Source: Deltaproteobacteria bacterium (GTDB lineage: Bacteria > Myxococcota > Kuafuiibacteriia > Kuafuiibacteriales > Kuafuiibacteriaceae). From it: a stretch of 64,000 bases of DNA. Both the position numbers and the translations under genes were made by a program. The stretch spans positions 209,016-273,015 of the forward strand of contig JAVJQW010000049.1 in NCBI GenBank assembly GCA_040218735.1. Reading direction: 5' to 3'. Below are positions 33,092 through 48,292 of the stretch, in pieces. The notes beneath the pieces are model-generated. The model was not told the DNA's origin, made no database searches, and saw nothing but the letters and a program-made list of their open reading frames with translations. Within the stretch, counting starts at the first letter, position 1. Each line of letters starts with the position of its first letter.

Positions 33092-34701
33092 CGGATCGTG
33101 TCGAGGCGGGTGAGGAGGCCCTCGGGCCAGGAGAGGGTGGCGACGTCCCAGGTCTCGGCCGACACCGGGATCGTCGCGGGGTACACGGCGATCTGGACGT
33201 CGCCGAGGAAGACCTCCAGCGTCGCGCCGGTCGGGCCTTCGGGCGAGGCCGCGACGACGTTCACCTGCAGCGTGTAGACGCCGCCCGCGGGGGCGGTGAC
33301 CGCGACGGACTCTTCGGCGCCGTTCGCGGTGAACGCGGGATCACCGCCGGGTCCCGGCGGGGCCCAGTCGGGCGTGGGGTTGTCGAAGAAGCAGTCGCCG
33401 AGCGAGCCGAGCGCGGCGCCGGGGGAGACGACGTGCAGGTCGAGGTCGGTGCCGGGGCGATCCCAGGTCAGCACGACGCGGACGTCCTCGCCCGCCTCCG
33501 CGGTGACCTCGGCGCGTGCGTCGTTCGTGGAGGCGAGGCCCTGGGCGTCGCGGACCTCGAGGCCTGCGACGTAGCGACCCGGGCGATCGACGACGAACGC
33601 GGTGACTTCGGCGGTGGGATCCTCGAACGCGGCGCGGCTGCCTTCGGGGCGCGAGACGAAGCGCCAGCGGTAGGTGATGGCGTCGCCCTCGGGATCGTTC
33701 GAGCCCACGCCGCTCACGTCGATCCGCGTGCCGGGGAGGATCGGGGGCGTGGGCGCGGGATCGAGGTTCACGACCGCGACGGGCGGGAGGTTGTCGGGTC
33801 GTCCGAGGATCGGGACGACGACCGCGGGGCGCTCGAGGTCGTTCGACTCGATGACGAGCTGCGCGCTTCCGCGGTCGGTGACGCCCGGGGCGTAGTCGAT
33901 GTCGATCACCGCGGTCCCGCCCGGGAGGAGCGGATCGATCCGCGCGTCGGAGACGACGGCGAAGCCGCGTCGCTCGAGCGGGGGCGAGGTGTCGACGTCC
34001 TCGCGGCACGCCATGTAGCCGGTGGTGTCGGTGGTACAGACGTACCCCGCGGGGCAGTCCGAGGCGCCGGTGCAGGCCTCGGCGCAGATCAGCCCGGAGA
34101 GCGATGGGGTGCAGCGGCCCTCCTGGCAGTCGCCGTCGCGGAAGCAGGCCTCGCCGGCGAAGCCTCCGGTCCGCAACGAGATGCGATCCACGACGAGGGT
34201 CGCGTCGCCCGCGCTCTCGATCCGGACCGATCCCGACACCCGTCCGCCGCTCTCGATGTTGCCGAGCTCGAGCGTCGCGGGGGCGACGGCGATGCGGGCG
34301 AAGGTGCGCTCGCTGGAGAGGGGGACGCCGACGTACGGGTTGTCGAGCGCGTCGGTCTCGATCTCGAGGAGGCCCGCGTCGGGATCGGCGTCGTTGGGGG
34401 TGTAGGTGACGCGCACGGTCGCGGAAGTACCCGCGGCGATCTCGGTCGGGAGCTCCCCGAGCGTGAAGACGGGCGCGGAGCCGTCCGAGAAAGCGATCCG
34501 ATCGACGCGGAGCGTCGCGGACGGGGCGTCGTTGGTGAGGACGAGGTCGACGCTGCGCGACTGGCCCGTCGGGACCTTACCGAACGCGATCTGTTCGGGC
34601 GCGACGGTCATCGTCGCGCGCGCGCTGAGGACCTCCGGCTCGCAGCTCGTGAGGGCCCAGGCCGCGAGGAGAGTAGGTCCGAGAACCCGTGCGTCGTACA
34701 C
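33088..34701 (-). CDS. Lipoprotein with Ig-like (choice-of-anchor D/ASH-like) domains, Cys-rich insert and PKD-like domain
   Basis: Lipobox-like ALTSC; IAFGKVPTG..LEIETD; SNDPEGDAITYRWRF; LTWDRPGTDLDLHV; start uncertain (ORF track gives 34842). Confidence 0.7.
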   Translation of the reverse strand: MYDARVLGPTLLAAWALTSCEPEVLSARATMTVAPEQIAFGKVPTGQSRSVDLVLTNDAPSATLRVDRIAFSDGSAPVFTLGELPTEIAAGTSATVRVTYTPNDADPDAGLLEIETDALDNPYVGVPLSSERTFARIAVAPATLELGNIESGGRVSGSVRIESAGDATLVVDRISLRTGGFAGEACFRDGDCQEGRCTPSLSGLICAEACTGASDCPAGYVCTTDTTGYMACREDVDTSPPLERRGFAVVSDARIDPLLPGGTAVIDIDYAPGVTDRGSAQLVIESNDLERPAVVVPILGRPDNLPPVAVVNLDPAPTPPILPGTRIDVSGVGSNDPEGDAITYRWRFVSRPEGSRAAFEDPTAEVTAFVVDRPGRYVAGLEVRDAQGLASTNDARAEVTAEAGEDVRVVLTWDRPGTDLDLHVVSPGAALGSLGDCFFDNPTPDWAPPGPGGDPAFTANGAEESVAVTAPAGGVYTLQVNVVAASPEGPTGATLEVFLGDVQIAVYPATIPVSAETWDVATLSWPEGLLTRLDTIR

Positions 34702-34927
34702 CCTCGGTGGTGTACCCCGTCCGTCGACGGGGTCAACGGACACGGGGCGGATGCGTCCTTCAGGCCACAGGGGGACGGGCCGGGATTGAATCGAGCCCGG
34801 TAGACGTTGTCGCCCACCGAGCCGCCCTGCGATTTCCGGCATCCGCCCCGCGTCGTTGACAGGGGTGGCGAGGTAGGGCTAAGCGGCCTCCCCATTAGGA
34901 TCTCCGCGTCCAAGGAGCTTTGATTAG

Positions 34928-36859
34928 ATGAAGACCGGTGCTGCATTCGTAGGTTTCCTCTTTTCCGCAGGAGTCGGATTTGCCGTCGGCTGGGCCGTCG
35001 GCTCCGGTTCGGGCGGCCCGTCCGGTGGTGGCGGCGGTACGATGGCGCCCGGCGCCAAGGCCGCAGACGCCTCGGCCCTCCCGGTCGGTGACTCCTACGT
35101 CAAGGGTCCCAACGACGCCCTCGTGACGCTGATCGAGTTCTCGGACTTCGAGTGCCCGTTCTGCTCGCGCGTGAACCCCACGATCAAGCAGATCCAGGAC
35201 ACGTACGGCAAAGACGTCCGGATCGTGTTCAAGCACAACCCCCTGCCGTTCCATAAGAACGCGCCGCTCGCGTCCGAGTACGCGCTCGCCGCGGGTGAGC
35301 AGGGCAAGTTCTGGGAGATGCACGACAAGCTGTTCGCCAACCAAAAGGCGCTGCTCGAGCCGCAGCTCAAGGAGTACGCGGCGCAGCTCGGCCTCGACCA
35401 GGCCAAGATCGACGCGTTCATCGCGAGCGGGAAGGGCAAGAAGGCCATCGCGGATGACCAGGCTCTCGCGTCGAAGGTCGGCGCGCGCGGTACGCCGAAC
35501 TTCTTCGTCAACGGTGCGCAGGTCACGGGCGCGCAGCCCTTCGACAACTTCAAGAAGGTGATCGACGAGCAGATCGCGATCGCGAAGAAGAAGGTCGCCG
35601 CCGGCACGCCGCGCGACAAGGTCTACGCGGCCGTCCTCGCGGAGAACCCGCCGAAACCCGCGCCGCCGCCGCAGCGCCCGCAGGCCCCGCCGGCGACCCG
35701 TCAGAAGGTCTCGCTCTCGGACGCGACGCCCCAAAAGGGCGGCAAGATGCCGCTCGTCACGATCGTGGAGTTCTCGGACTTCGAGTGCCCCTTCTGCTCT
35801 CGGGTGAACCCGACGCTCGCGCAGGTGATGAAGGAGTACGGCGACAAGGTGCAGATTCGCTTCCGTCACCAGCCGCTGCCGTTCCACAAGCGCGCGATGC
35901 CCGCCGCCAAGGCGTCCCTCGCGGCGCACAAGCAGGGCAAGTTCTGGGAGATGCACGACAAGCTGTTCGCCAACCAGAAGGCGCTCCAGGACGCGGACCT
36001 CGAGAAGTACGCCAAGGAGATCGGCCTCAACGTCACGCGCTTCAAGGCGGACATGAACAGCGACGCGATCACCAAGCAGGTCGCGGCCGACCAGGCCGAC
36101 GCCGGCAAGTGGGGCGCGCGCGGTACGCCGACGCTCTTCGTCAACGGCGTCCCGGTGCGCGGCGCGCAGCCGTTCGCGGCGTTCAAGACGGTCATCGACA
36201 AGGAGATCGAGCTCGCCAACAAGCTCCTCAAGGAGGGTGTGAAGAAGGCGGACCTGCACGCGGAGATCATCAAGCGTGAGGCCGGCAAGGAGGTCGCGGG
36301 CGCCGCGCCCGGCGCCGCGAAGCCGGCCGCCCCGGCGAAGCCGCAGGACGTGAAGCTCGGCCGCGCGCCGATCGTCGGCAACAAGAACGCGCCGGTGAAG
36401 GTCGTCCTCTGGTCGGACTTCGAGTGCCCCTTCTGTGGCCGCGTGAACCCCTCGATCGAGCAGATCAAGAAGGAGTACGGCAACAAGGTGGTCGTCGCGT
36501 TCAAGCACTTCCCGCTGCCGTTCCACAAGAACGCGACCCCGGCGGCCGTGGCGTCCCTCGCGGCGCACCGTCAGGGCAAGTTCTGGGAGATGCACGACAA
36601 GCTCTTCGAGAACCAGCGTGCGCTGCAGCGCACCGACCTCGAGCGCTACGCCGAGGAGCTCGGGCTGGACATGGCCAAGTTCAAGAAGGACATGGACGAT
36701 CCGGAGCTCGAGGCCTGGGTGAAGGCCGATATGGCCGAGGGCTCCAAGGTGGGTGTGAACGGCACGCCGGCCACGTACATCAACGGCCGCAAGGTCTCCG
36801 GCGCCCAGCCGTTCCCGGCCTTCAAGGCCATCATCGACGAAGAGCTCAAGAAGGGCTGA
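34928..36859 (+). CDS. DsbA-family protein with three thioredoxin-fold domains
   Basis: Three SDFECPFC motifs, each followed by QGKFWEMHD and a GTP cis-Pro loop; N-terminal TM segment. Confidence 0.92.
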   Translation: MKTGAAFVGFLFSAGVGFAVGWAVGSGSGGPSGGGGGTMAPGAKAADASALPVGDSYVKGPNDALVTLIEFSDFECPFCSRVNPTIKQIQDTYGKDVRIVFKHNPLPFHKNAPLASEYALAAGEQGKFWEMHDKLFANQKALLEPQLKEYAAQLGLDQAKIDAFIASGKGKKAIADDQALASKVGARGTPNFFVNGAQVTGAQPFDNFKKVIDEQIAIAKKKVAAGTPRDKVYAAVLAENPPKPAPPPQRPQAPPATRQKVSLSDATPQKGGKMPLVTIVEFSDFECPFCSRVNPTLAQVMKEYGDKVQIRFRHQPLPFHKRAMPAAKASLAAHKQGKFWEMHDKLFANQKALQDADLEKYAKEIGLNVTRFKADMNSDAITKQVAADQADAGKWGARGTPTLFVNGVPVRGAQPFAAFKTVIDKEIELANKLLKEGVKKADLHAEIIKREAGKEVAGAAPGAAKPAAPAKPQDVKLGRAPIVGNKNAPVKVVLWSDFECPFCGRVNPSIEQIKKEYGNKVVVAFKHFPLPFHKNATPAAVASLAAHRQGKFWEMHDKLFENQRALQRTDLERYAEELGLDMAKFKKDMDDPELEAWVKADMAEGSKVGVNGTPATYINGRKVSGAQPFPAFKAIIDEELKKG

Positions 36860-36928
36860 ATCGTCGGTCCCCCCGACATGTGACCGAGCCCCCCTTGTTC
36901 ATCGGGGGCGCGCGCCGATAGAGTAACG

Positions 36929-37303
36929 TTGCGGATGTCTCGGCAGCGCGCTTGGTTCTTGTCGCCGTCCATCGCGACGGCGGTCTTCTTCGTCGCTCAG
37001 GCCGTCGCCTCGTTCTCATCGAACGAGGCGTCGTCGACCATCGCCGCGGCCGCCGCGGACGCGCCGACCGCTGCGCCGGTCGAGGTGCGCGTCGTCGCCG
37101 AGATTCACGCGCTGGAGCACGTGACGCAGGCGGCGAGGGCGGTGCCGGCGACGGAAGAGGCCCTGTTCGAGATGATCGAGCGGGACGGCGCCGTCATCTT
37201 CGACTCGGAGGAGGTCGACGTCGTCGCGATCCCCGAGCAGCAGTTCGGCTCCGACGAGGCCTTGGTCATCCGCGCGCGTGCGCGGCTCGTCGATCCCCGC
37301 TGA
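36929..37303 (+). CDS. Hypothetical membrane-anchored protein
   Basis: 124-aa ORF with N-terminal hydrophobic segment filling the gap before the tRNA. Confidence 0.5.
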   Translation: MRMSRQRAWFLSPSIATAVFFVAQAVASFSSNEASSTIAAAAADAPTAAPVEVRVVAEIHALEHVTQAARAVPATEEALFEMIERDGAVIFDSEEVDVVAIPEQQFGSDEALVIRARARLVDPR

Positions 37304-37364
37304 CGGTTGACCGCGCGGAGTCTTGACCGCGCCCCAAAAATCGGTGCACGAGAGCGACACCCGA

Positions 37365-37447
37365 GCCCGGGTGGCGGAATGGTAGACGCGGCGGATTCAA
37401 AATCCGCTTTTCGAAAGGGAGTGTGGGTTCAAGTCCCTCCCCGGGCA
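37365..37447 (+). tRNA. tRNA-Leu (anticodon CAA)
   Basis: Acceptor stem GCCCGGG/CCCGGGC, D-loop GGAATGGTAGAC, anticodon arm GCGGA-TTCAAAA-TCCGC, long variable arm, GGTTCAAGTCC; CCA not encoded. Confidence 0.95.
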
Positions 37448-37461
37448 TCAAGCCGAGGCGG

Positions 37462-41192
<3,731 letters not shown>

Positions 41193-41196
<4 letters not shown>

Positions 41197-42146
41197 GTTC
41201 GGGTCCTCTTGCGGGTGGCGTAGAGCGTGATCACGTCGAAGTGCGGAGCACGTCTCTCGGTGTGGCTCACCGCGAGGTGCTCGACTTCGAAATCGGCTGC
41301 GGCGAGGAGAGTTTCGAGCGCTTCGGGCTCGAATCCCAGATTTTGGTGATCGTAGGCCGCGACGGCGCTGGTGTGCGCGTGCGCCGCGAGGGTGACGGCG
41401 ACGAGGCGGGCCCCGTCGCGGGCGACGCGCGCGCACTCGGCGAGCACACGCGCGGGTTCGGTGGCGTAGGTGAGCGCGTTGAGCGCGAGGACTTGGTCGA
41501 AGCTCGCGTCTTCGAAGGGGAGGGCGTGCATGTCGCCCTTCACGAAGCGGACGTGGTCGAAGCGCGCGAGGCGCCGCGTGCCGGCCTGGGTGACCTCTTC
41601 GCTCATGTCGAGGCAGGTCAGCGATCGTGCGCGCGGCGCGACGAGCTCGGCGAGGGCGCCGTCGCCCGAGGCGAGATCGAGGACGTCGCCGAGCTGCGCG
41701 AGCCCGATGAACGCCCGCGCGGTCGACTGCCAGGTGCGGCCGGGGGAGTAGTGCCGCTCCATGTGGCCGGCGACGGTGTCCGCCCACGTGCCGCCCCGCT
41801 CGCGCGCCGCGAGGGCCTCCTCGAGGCGCCGCTGGTCGACGGCGAGCAGCGGGTCGTCGAGCCGATCGCGAATCGAGCGCCAGAACTGGCGCGTGTCCTC
41901 GGCCATCCTCTCTTCGCTCGCGGCGTACAGCGTGACCGACTTGCTCTTGCGCGCCTGCACGAGGCCGGCGTCCTTCAGGCGGCCCAGGTGCGTCGAGACC
42001 CGCGACTGCGTGAGCCCCGTGATCCGCACGAGCTCGGCGACGGTCAGCGGCGTGGCCGTCAGCAGGTGCAGCAGCCGCACGCGCGAAGTGTCCGAGAGCG
42101 CGCGGCAGAGCGCGTTGGTGGCTTCGAGCGTGGGCATCGGACGCAT
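41193..42146 (-). CDS. ArsR-HTH/SAM-methyltransferase-domain regulator (SahR/SamR-like)
   Basis: N-terminal ArsR HTH ([15 protein letters not shown]), [25 protein letters not shown]; coupled to metH. Confidence 0.85.
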
Positions 42147-42172
42147 AATCTGCTTATCCGGATAAGCAGATT
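42147..42172. promoter_or_regulatory. Perfect 26-bp palindrome; probable operator of the SahR-like regulator
   Basis: AATCTGCTTATCCGGATAAGCAGATT is its own reverse complement, is AT-rich and abuts the start codon. Confidence 0.75.
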
Positions 42173-42220
42173 CGAAGAGTAGGCCACCGACGGCGCCCTG
42201 CGTCAAGGGGGGGGCGGATC

Positions 42221-43953
42221 TCAGCGTTGGAGCGCGCGGCGCACGGCGGCGACGAGGTCGTCCGGCGCGCCGGAGAGGACGGTGGGGCCGTCGCCGTCGC
42301 GGTCGAAGATCCACAGCACGGGGAGCTGCCGCGCGGACGCGAGGTGCTCACGCGCGACGGGGTGGTCGAAGCTCGGGACCTCCACCCGCTTCACGAGCAG
42401 GTCGGCGTTCGAATCCGCGAGGGCTCGCAGCCGTCGGTCGAGGTCGTGGCAGGGCGCGCACCACTCCGCCCAGAAGTCGACGACGGTGACACGCGCGCGG
42501 ACGGCGACGGTCGCGCGGTCGAAGGTGGCGCCGCCGATTGTGAGGTCGCAGACCCCACGGGAGCCGCAGGCCACCGGCCGGGGCTCCCGCCCGGTCCGGG
42601 TCCCGGTTCCGGTCCGGGTCCCGGAACTGGATCTGGGCACGGACTTCGAACCGGACGCGGACGCGGGCCGCGCATCGGGCTCGAGCTCGGCACCGGAACC
42701 GGGCACGGGCTTCGACCCGGACTCGGATGCGGACTCGGCCTCGGATGCGGACTCGGGCGCGGACTCGGCCTCGGATGCGGACTCGGATGCGGCCTCGGAT
42801 GCGGACTCGGCTGCGGACTCGGACGCGGCCGCGGATGCGGACTCGGCCTCGGATGCGGACTCGGCCTCGGACTCGGACTCGGACTCGGATGCGGACCCGG
42901 AGTCGGATGGGGCGCCGCGATGGGGAATCACATCCCCATGCTCATGCGCGTCCCCATGCTCATGCGCGTCCCCATGGTCATGGTCATGCCCGTGCTCGTC
43001 CGCCTCCGCGCCCCCGAAGGCCACCACCACCGCGGCGCCCACCGTGAAGCGCTCCGACACCTGCGGCCCGTTCACGTCGCGCCACATCGGGAGGCGTCCG
43101 TTCACGGCCACGGTCACCCGCTCGTGCACGCGCTGGCTCACGCCGGCGGCGAGCGCCACGATCGTGCCGCCCGAGCGCAGCACCGTGCCGACCTCCAGCT
43201 CCACGGCGCGGCCGCGCGTGGTGCCGTTGATGTCGAGGGACAGCGCCGTGTCGCCGAGGAGCACCAGGCCGCCGGCGCCGTAGCTGAAGCTGCTCGGGAG
43301 CTGCAGCGCGCCCGCCGTCGCGGTCAGCGGCGCGCGCAGGGCGACGTTGCCGCGCAGCGCGAAGCGTTTGTGGACGAACTGCGTCGCGAACAGCCCGGCG
43401 TCCGCCGAGAACGTGCCCGTCCCGACGGAGAGCTGGCTCGGCGCGACGCCGAGGACCCGCAGGGTCTCGGTTCGCCCCGTCGGCAGCCCGACGCCGAGCG
43501 CGAGCGTGACGCTCGGCGTGTACCCGCCGGGCCCCAGCAGCGCCGCGAAGTCGTACCGCCCCGACAGGCGCAGGTCCCCGAAGCCCGTCGAGCGCGCGGC
43601 CGGCGTTCGGTTCGCGCGATAGCGCACCATCCCCGCCGGGAGCTCGGCCTCGACCGACCAGCCCTCGCCGAAGAAGTGCCGCACGCCCAAGACCGCCACC
43701 GAGGACACGACGTTGGCGTTCGCCGGGTCGTCCACGCGAGACGAGCCGTCGAACGAGTCGGGCAGGGTGGAGTAGGCCCACCGCAACCCAACTTGCGTCA
43801 GATCCTCGGGCAGCGCCTTACGCGTGCCGAGCGCGAGATCGAATGCGGACCCCCCGACCGGGAGGTTGGGGTTCGTTCACGACGCTCACTGGCCGAACGC
43901 CACCGTGGACCACACGAGGAACCACGGCAGCGTCAGCCCGAGAAGGAGCCACC

Positions 43954-43957
<4 letters not shown>
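42221..43957 (-). CDS. Predicted UxxU selenoprotein: signal peptide + beta-barrel (transporter-like) + His-rich/low-complexity linker + thioredoxin
   Basis: TTG 43957 gives MRWLLLGLTLPWFLVWSTVAFG-Q-TGA-A-S-TGA-TNPNLP, in frame with ORF 42221-43786; barrel motifs TGFGDL and LGVGLPTG; HGHDHDHGDAHEH; DFWAEWCAPC. Confidence 0.75.
42716..42900. repeat. Intragenic 6/18-bp tandem repeats encoding an Ala/Ser/Glu linker
   Basis: Arrays of GCGGAC/TCGGAT/TCGGCC units; minus strand reads ASESESESEAESASEAES...; boundaries approximate. Confidence 0.8.
43849..43866 (-). promoter_or_regulatory. Putative bacterial SECIS element
   Basis: mRNA ACCUCCC-GGUC-GGGGGGU: 7-bp stem including one G-U pair, GGUC loop; stem begins after a 10-nt spacer 3' of the second UGA. 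Confidence 0.7.
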
Positions 43958-45314
<1,357 letters not shown>

Positions 45315-45318
<4 letters not shown>

Positions 45319-45755
45319 CGCGCGGGGTCTAGCACGAGGACACGTTCGAGGCACTCGCGCATCGACGCGCCGAGCGGTTTGGGACGGCGCGTCACGCGGT
45401 CGACGTAGACGTGGATGAAACGCCCGTCCGCCGCCGCCGTATCCGCGCCGGCGCGGAACACACCGACCTCGTAATGCACGCTGCTGTTCCCGATCCGCGT
45501 GACCCGCACGCCGACGTCCACGGATTCGGGGAACGCGACGGGTTCGTGGTAGCGGCACGACGTCTCGACCACGAGCCCGATCGAATCCCCCTCGTGGATG
45601 TCGAGCACCCCCTCCTCGATCAGGTAGCGGTTCACCGCCGTGTCGAAGAACGCGTAGTACACGACGTTGTTGACGTGCCCGTAGACGTCGTTGTCGGCCC
45701 ACCGCGTCGCGACGGTCGTGAACCAGCGGTAGCTGTCCCGCGTCGGTCGCATCAC
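45315..45755 (-). CDS. Acyl-CoA thioesterase (4HBT/hotdog family)
   Basis: [27 protein letters not shown]. Confidence 0.9.
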
Positions 45756-47041
45756 CAGATCCTCATGGCCGCTTCGAACAGCTCAGCGAGGGTGTCGGCC
45801 GTGACCTCGATCGGCGCGTTGTCGAGGAGGCGGCGCTGCACGATCGCGCCGTTCGTCAGCGCGGGGACGTCGTCCGTCGCGTAGCCGAGCGCCCCGAGGC
45901 CGTTCGGCATCGCCGCGTCGCGCATCAGCTCGCCCAACCGCGCGGCGAGCGCGGCCCCGGCGTCGTCGTCGTCGCTCGCGACGCCGCCCAACAGACGCGC
46001 GGCTTCGCGGTGACGATCGGGGGAGGTCACGGCGGTGCTCGCGAAGGTCGCCGGAGCGTTCACCACCACGGAGATCCCGTGCGGCACCATCGCCTCGTCG
46101 GCGTCGTAGTCCGGCGGCCGGTAGTCGCGCACCAGACCCGCGACGGCGTAGGCCATTCCGTGCGGGATGTGCACGCCCGCGTTCCCGAACGCGATGCCCG
46201 CGAGCGTCGCCGCCCACATCATCTGCGCGCGTGCTTCGACGTCGTTCCCGTCGCGCACCGCCCGCACGAGGTACGCGCCCGTGAGCCGCAGCGCTTCGCG
46301 CGCGCCGACGTCGCTCCACGGGTTGGCGCCCTGGCTCATCGGCCGTGCGCCCTTCTTGCGCGCGGTGAACGGACGTGCCGTGAACGACTCGAGCGCGTGG
46401 CACAACACGTCGAAGCCGCTCGCCGCCACGACCGTCGCGGGGAGCGTCCGCGTCGTGTCGGGGTCCACCAACGCGCGGTTCGGTTTGAGGAACCGCGACG
46501 CGATTCCGGTCTTCGCCTCCAGCGGGAGGTGATCGAACACCGCGATCCCCGTGCACTCGCTCCCCGTGCCGCTCGTGGTCGGGCAGGCGAGGTGCGGCTT
46601 CAGCGGGCCGGGCACCGCGCGGCCCTCACCGACCGGCGCGTTCACGTACGCCTCGAAGGGCGCGGGGTGCGTCGCGTAGAGGTTGGCGGCCTTGGCGGTG
46701 TCGATCACCGAGCCGCCGCCGACCGAGACGAAGCCGTCGAAGCGCCCCTCGGTCGCGAACTCGGCGGCCCGCACGAACGACGTGTTCGTGGGCTCGACGC
46801 GGACCTCGTCGTAGACCACCGCGTCGACGCCGGCGCTTCGCAAGCTGGCTTGCACCTTGTCGACGTGCGGGGTGTCGACGAGGCGGACGTCCGTGAACAG
46901 CGCGACCCGGGTCATGCCGAGCGCACGGGCGACGTCACCGGCTTCGCCGAGCGCGCCGTGGCCGAAGGTGAGGGCGTTGGTGTCGACGGAGAACGCGTTT
47001 TCGTTCCCGTCGACGAGGTCGTAGGCGTGGCAGCAGGCCAT
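45752..47041 (-). CDS. Iron-containing alcohol dehydrogenase, hydroxyacid-oxoacid transhydrogenase-like
   Basis: [50 protein letters not shown]. Confidence 0.88.
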   Translation of the reverse strand: MACCHAYDLVDGNENAFSVDTNALTFGHGALGEAGDVARALGMTRVALFTDVRLVDTPHVDKVQASLRSAGVDAVVYDEVRVEPTNTSFVRAAEFATEGRFDGFVSVGGGSVIDTAKAANLYATHPAPFEAYVNAPVGEGRAVPGPLKPHLACPTTSGTGSECTGIAVFDHLPLEAKTGIASRFLKPNRALVDPDTTRTLPATVVAASGFDVLCHALESFTARPFTARKKGARPMSQGANPWSDVGAREALRLTGAYLVRAVRDGNDVEARAQMMWAATLAGIAFGNAGVHIPHGMAYAVAGLVRDYRPPDYDADEAMVPHGISVVVNAPATFASTAVTSPDRHREAARLLGGVASDDDDAGAALAARLGELMRDAAMPNGLGALGYATDDVPALTNGAIVQRRLLDNAPIEVTADTLAELFEAAMRIW

Positions 47042-47068
47042 GCGCCCGACTGTAGCGCTACGGAGGGC

Positions 47069-48292
47069 TCAGCGGGGGCGGACGATCTGATCGAGGTGGT
47101 TCGAGAAGCCCGCGATTCCGCCGTTCTGGAAGCGGTAGAGCGTGCCGTTCGCCGGGTTGCGGTACCAGGACGTGCTCATGCCGTCCATGACACGCGGGCC
47201 CTGACCGACCGTGTGCAGCAGGTCGAACTTTTCGTTCGTGGTCTTGTCGAACGGGTGCCCCTGCGCGTCCGTCCCGATCTTCGCGCGCTCCTCGTTGGTC
47301 GCGTTGTCGATCTTGCGGTAGCCGCGGAAGCCGCCGAACGGGTTCACACCCTGCGGGAGGAAGCCGCCGTTGGAGCCGTACCACACCTTGTCGGCGCCCT
47401 GGTCGACGACGAAAAGCTGCGCGGGCTCGTCGGCGATACGCGGGTCGTCCCACGAGAACACCTTCATGTCCTTGCCCTGCGCGTCGGTGAACTTCTCACC
47501 GTCGAACTTCGGCTCGCCGGCGCTCTGGTTCGTCACACCGGACAGGCCGATGACGTAGGCGCCGATGTTCGTCACGCGACCGTGCTCGATCTTGTCGAGG
47601 CGGCCGGTGAGCTTCACGACGTCGCCCGGCTTCACGTTCGCGCGGCCGACGTAGACGGCGCGGTGGTCCTCGCCGCCGACCTTGATGGGCTGGTCCAGGA
47701 TCAGGTAGTTGCCGGACGGAGGCGCCTCGCCGCCGATGGCGAGCGGGTTGCGCTGTTCGATGCGGCCGGCGAACTCGTGGTAGCCGCCGAACGGGAAGCC
47801 GTCGGTCGCTTCGACCTCGGCGCGCTCGATGCGGCCCACGGTGTCGGAGGTCTTGAAGATCGTCCCGGAGATCTCCACGTCCTGACCGTTCACCGCGGCG
47901 GCCTTTTCGGCGGAGAGGTCGAGCTCGAAGAAGACCTCGTTGCGCTGCCCGCGGTTCGCCGTGACGAGGACGGGCTTGTCGACGAGCTCGGCGATGCCGA
48001 AGTTCACGACGCCGCGCTTCTTCATCATCACGGTGCCCGCGAGGTGGCCGGGCCCCGAGATCCCCGCGCCGCCGACCCCGGCGACCTCCCTCAGCTGCGC
48101 GCCGGTCAGCTCCTTCTGCGGCGCCGGACCCTTCGGGCCGGGGAGCAACGGACCGCTCGGCCCGGGCGTGATCGGCAGGCCCTGCTGGCCGATGGCCGGC
48201 GCCGCCTGCGAGGTGTTCCCCGTTTGGGCGGAGATGGGGGCGCCGTAGGGGCCGAGGAGTTGGGGCTTCTGCTGAAGTCGGACGTTGCTCAT
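47069..48292 (-). CDS. Hypothetical protein
   Basis: 407-aa ORF with Pro/Gly/Gln-rich N-terminus; no recognised motif. Confidence 0.65.
   Translation of the reverse strand: MSNVRLQQKPQLLGPYGAPISAQTGNTSQAAPAIGQQGLPITPGPSGPLLPGPKGPAPQKELTGAQLREVAGVGGAGISGPGHLAGTVMMKKRGVVNFGIAELVDKPVLVTANRGQRNEVFFELDLSAEKAAAVNGQDVEISGTIFKTSDTVGRIERAEVEATDGFPFGGYHEFAGRIEQRNPLAIGGEAPPSGNYLILDQPIKVGGEDHRAVYVGRANVKPGDVVKLTGRLDKIEHGRVTNIGAYVIGLSGVTNQSAGEPKFDGEKFTDAQGKDMKVFSWDDPRIADEPAQLFVVDQGADKVWYGSNGGFLPQGVNPFGGFRGYRKIDNATNEERAKIGTDAQGHPFDKTTNEKFDLLHTVGQGPRVMDGMSTSWYRNPANGTLYRFQNGGIAGFSNHLDQIVRPR

Noticed and set aside
29165-33277. 1370-aa plus-strand ORF, and similar long Arg/Gly-rich ORFs such as 10804-14004, 38920-41181 and 56912-59725
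   Set aside because: Each lies opposite a well-supported gene and has no recognisable motifs.
37365-37447. tRNA as tRNA-Sec or as an integration site
   Set aside because: The anticodon centred in the 7-nt loop is CAA (Leu), with a 7-bp acceptor stem; no integrase or duplicated 3' end was seen.
42282-43283. Plus-strand ORF with Ser-Asp repeats resembling Sdr adhesins
   Set aside because: Antisense reading of the Ala/Ser/Glu linker; the minus frame carries the barrel and thioredoxin motifs.
43877-43888. The two TGA codons as pseudogene lesions or an alternative genetic code
   Set aside because: TGA terminates many intact genes here, so the code is standard. Two independent nonsense changes in CxxC spacing next to a SECIS-like hairpin, with an otherwise intact frame, is less parsimonious, although not excluded.
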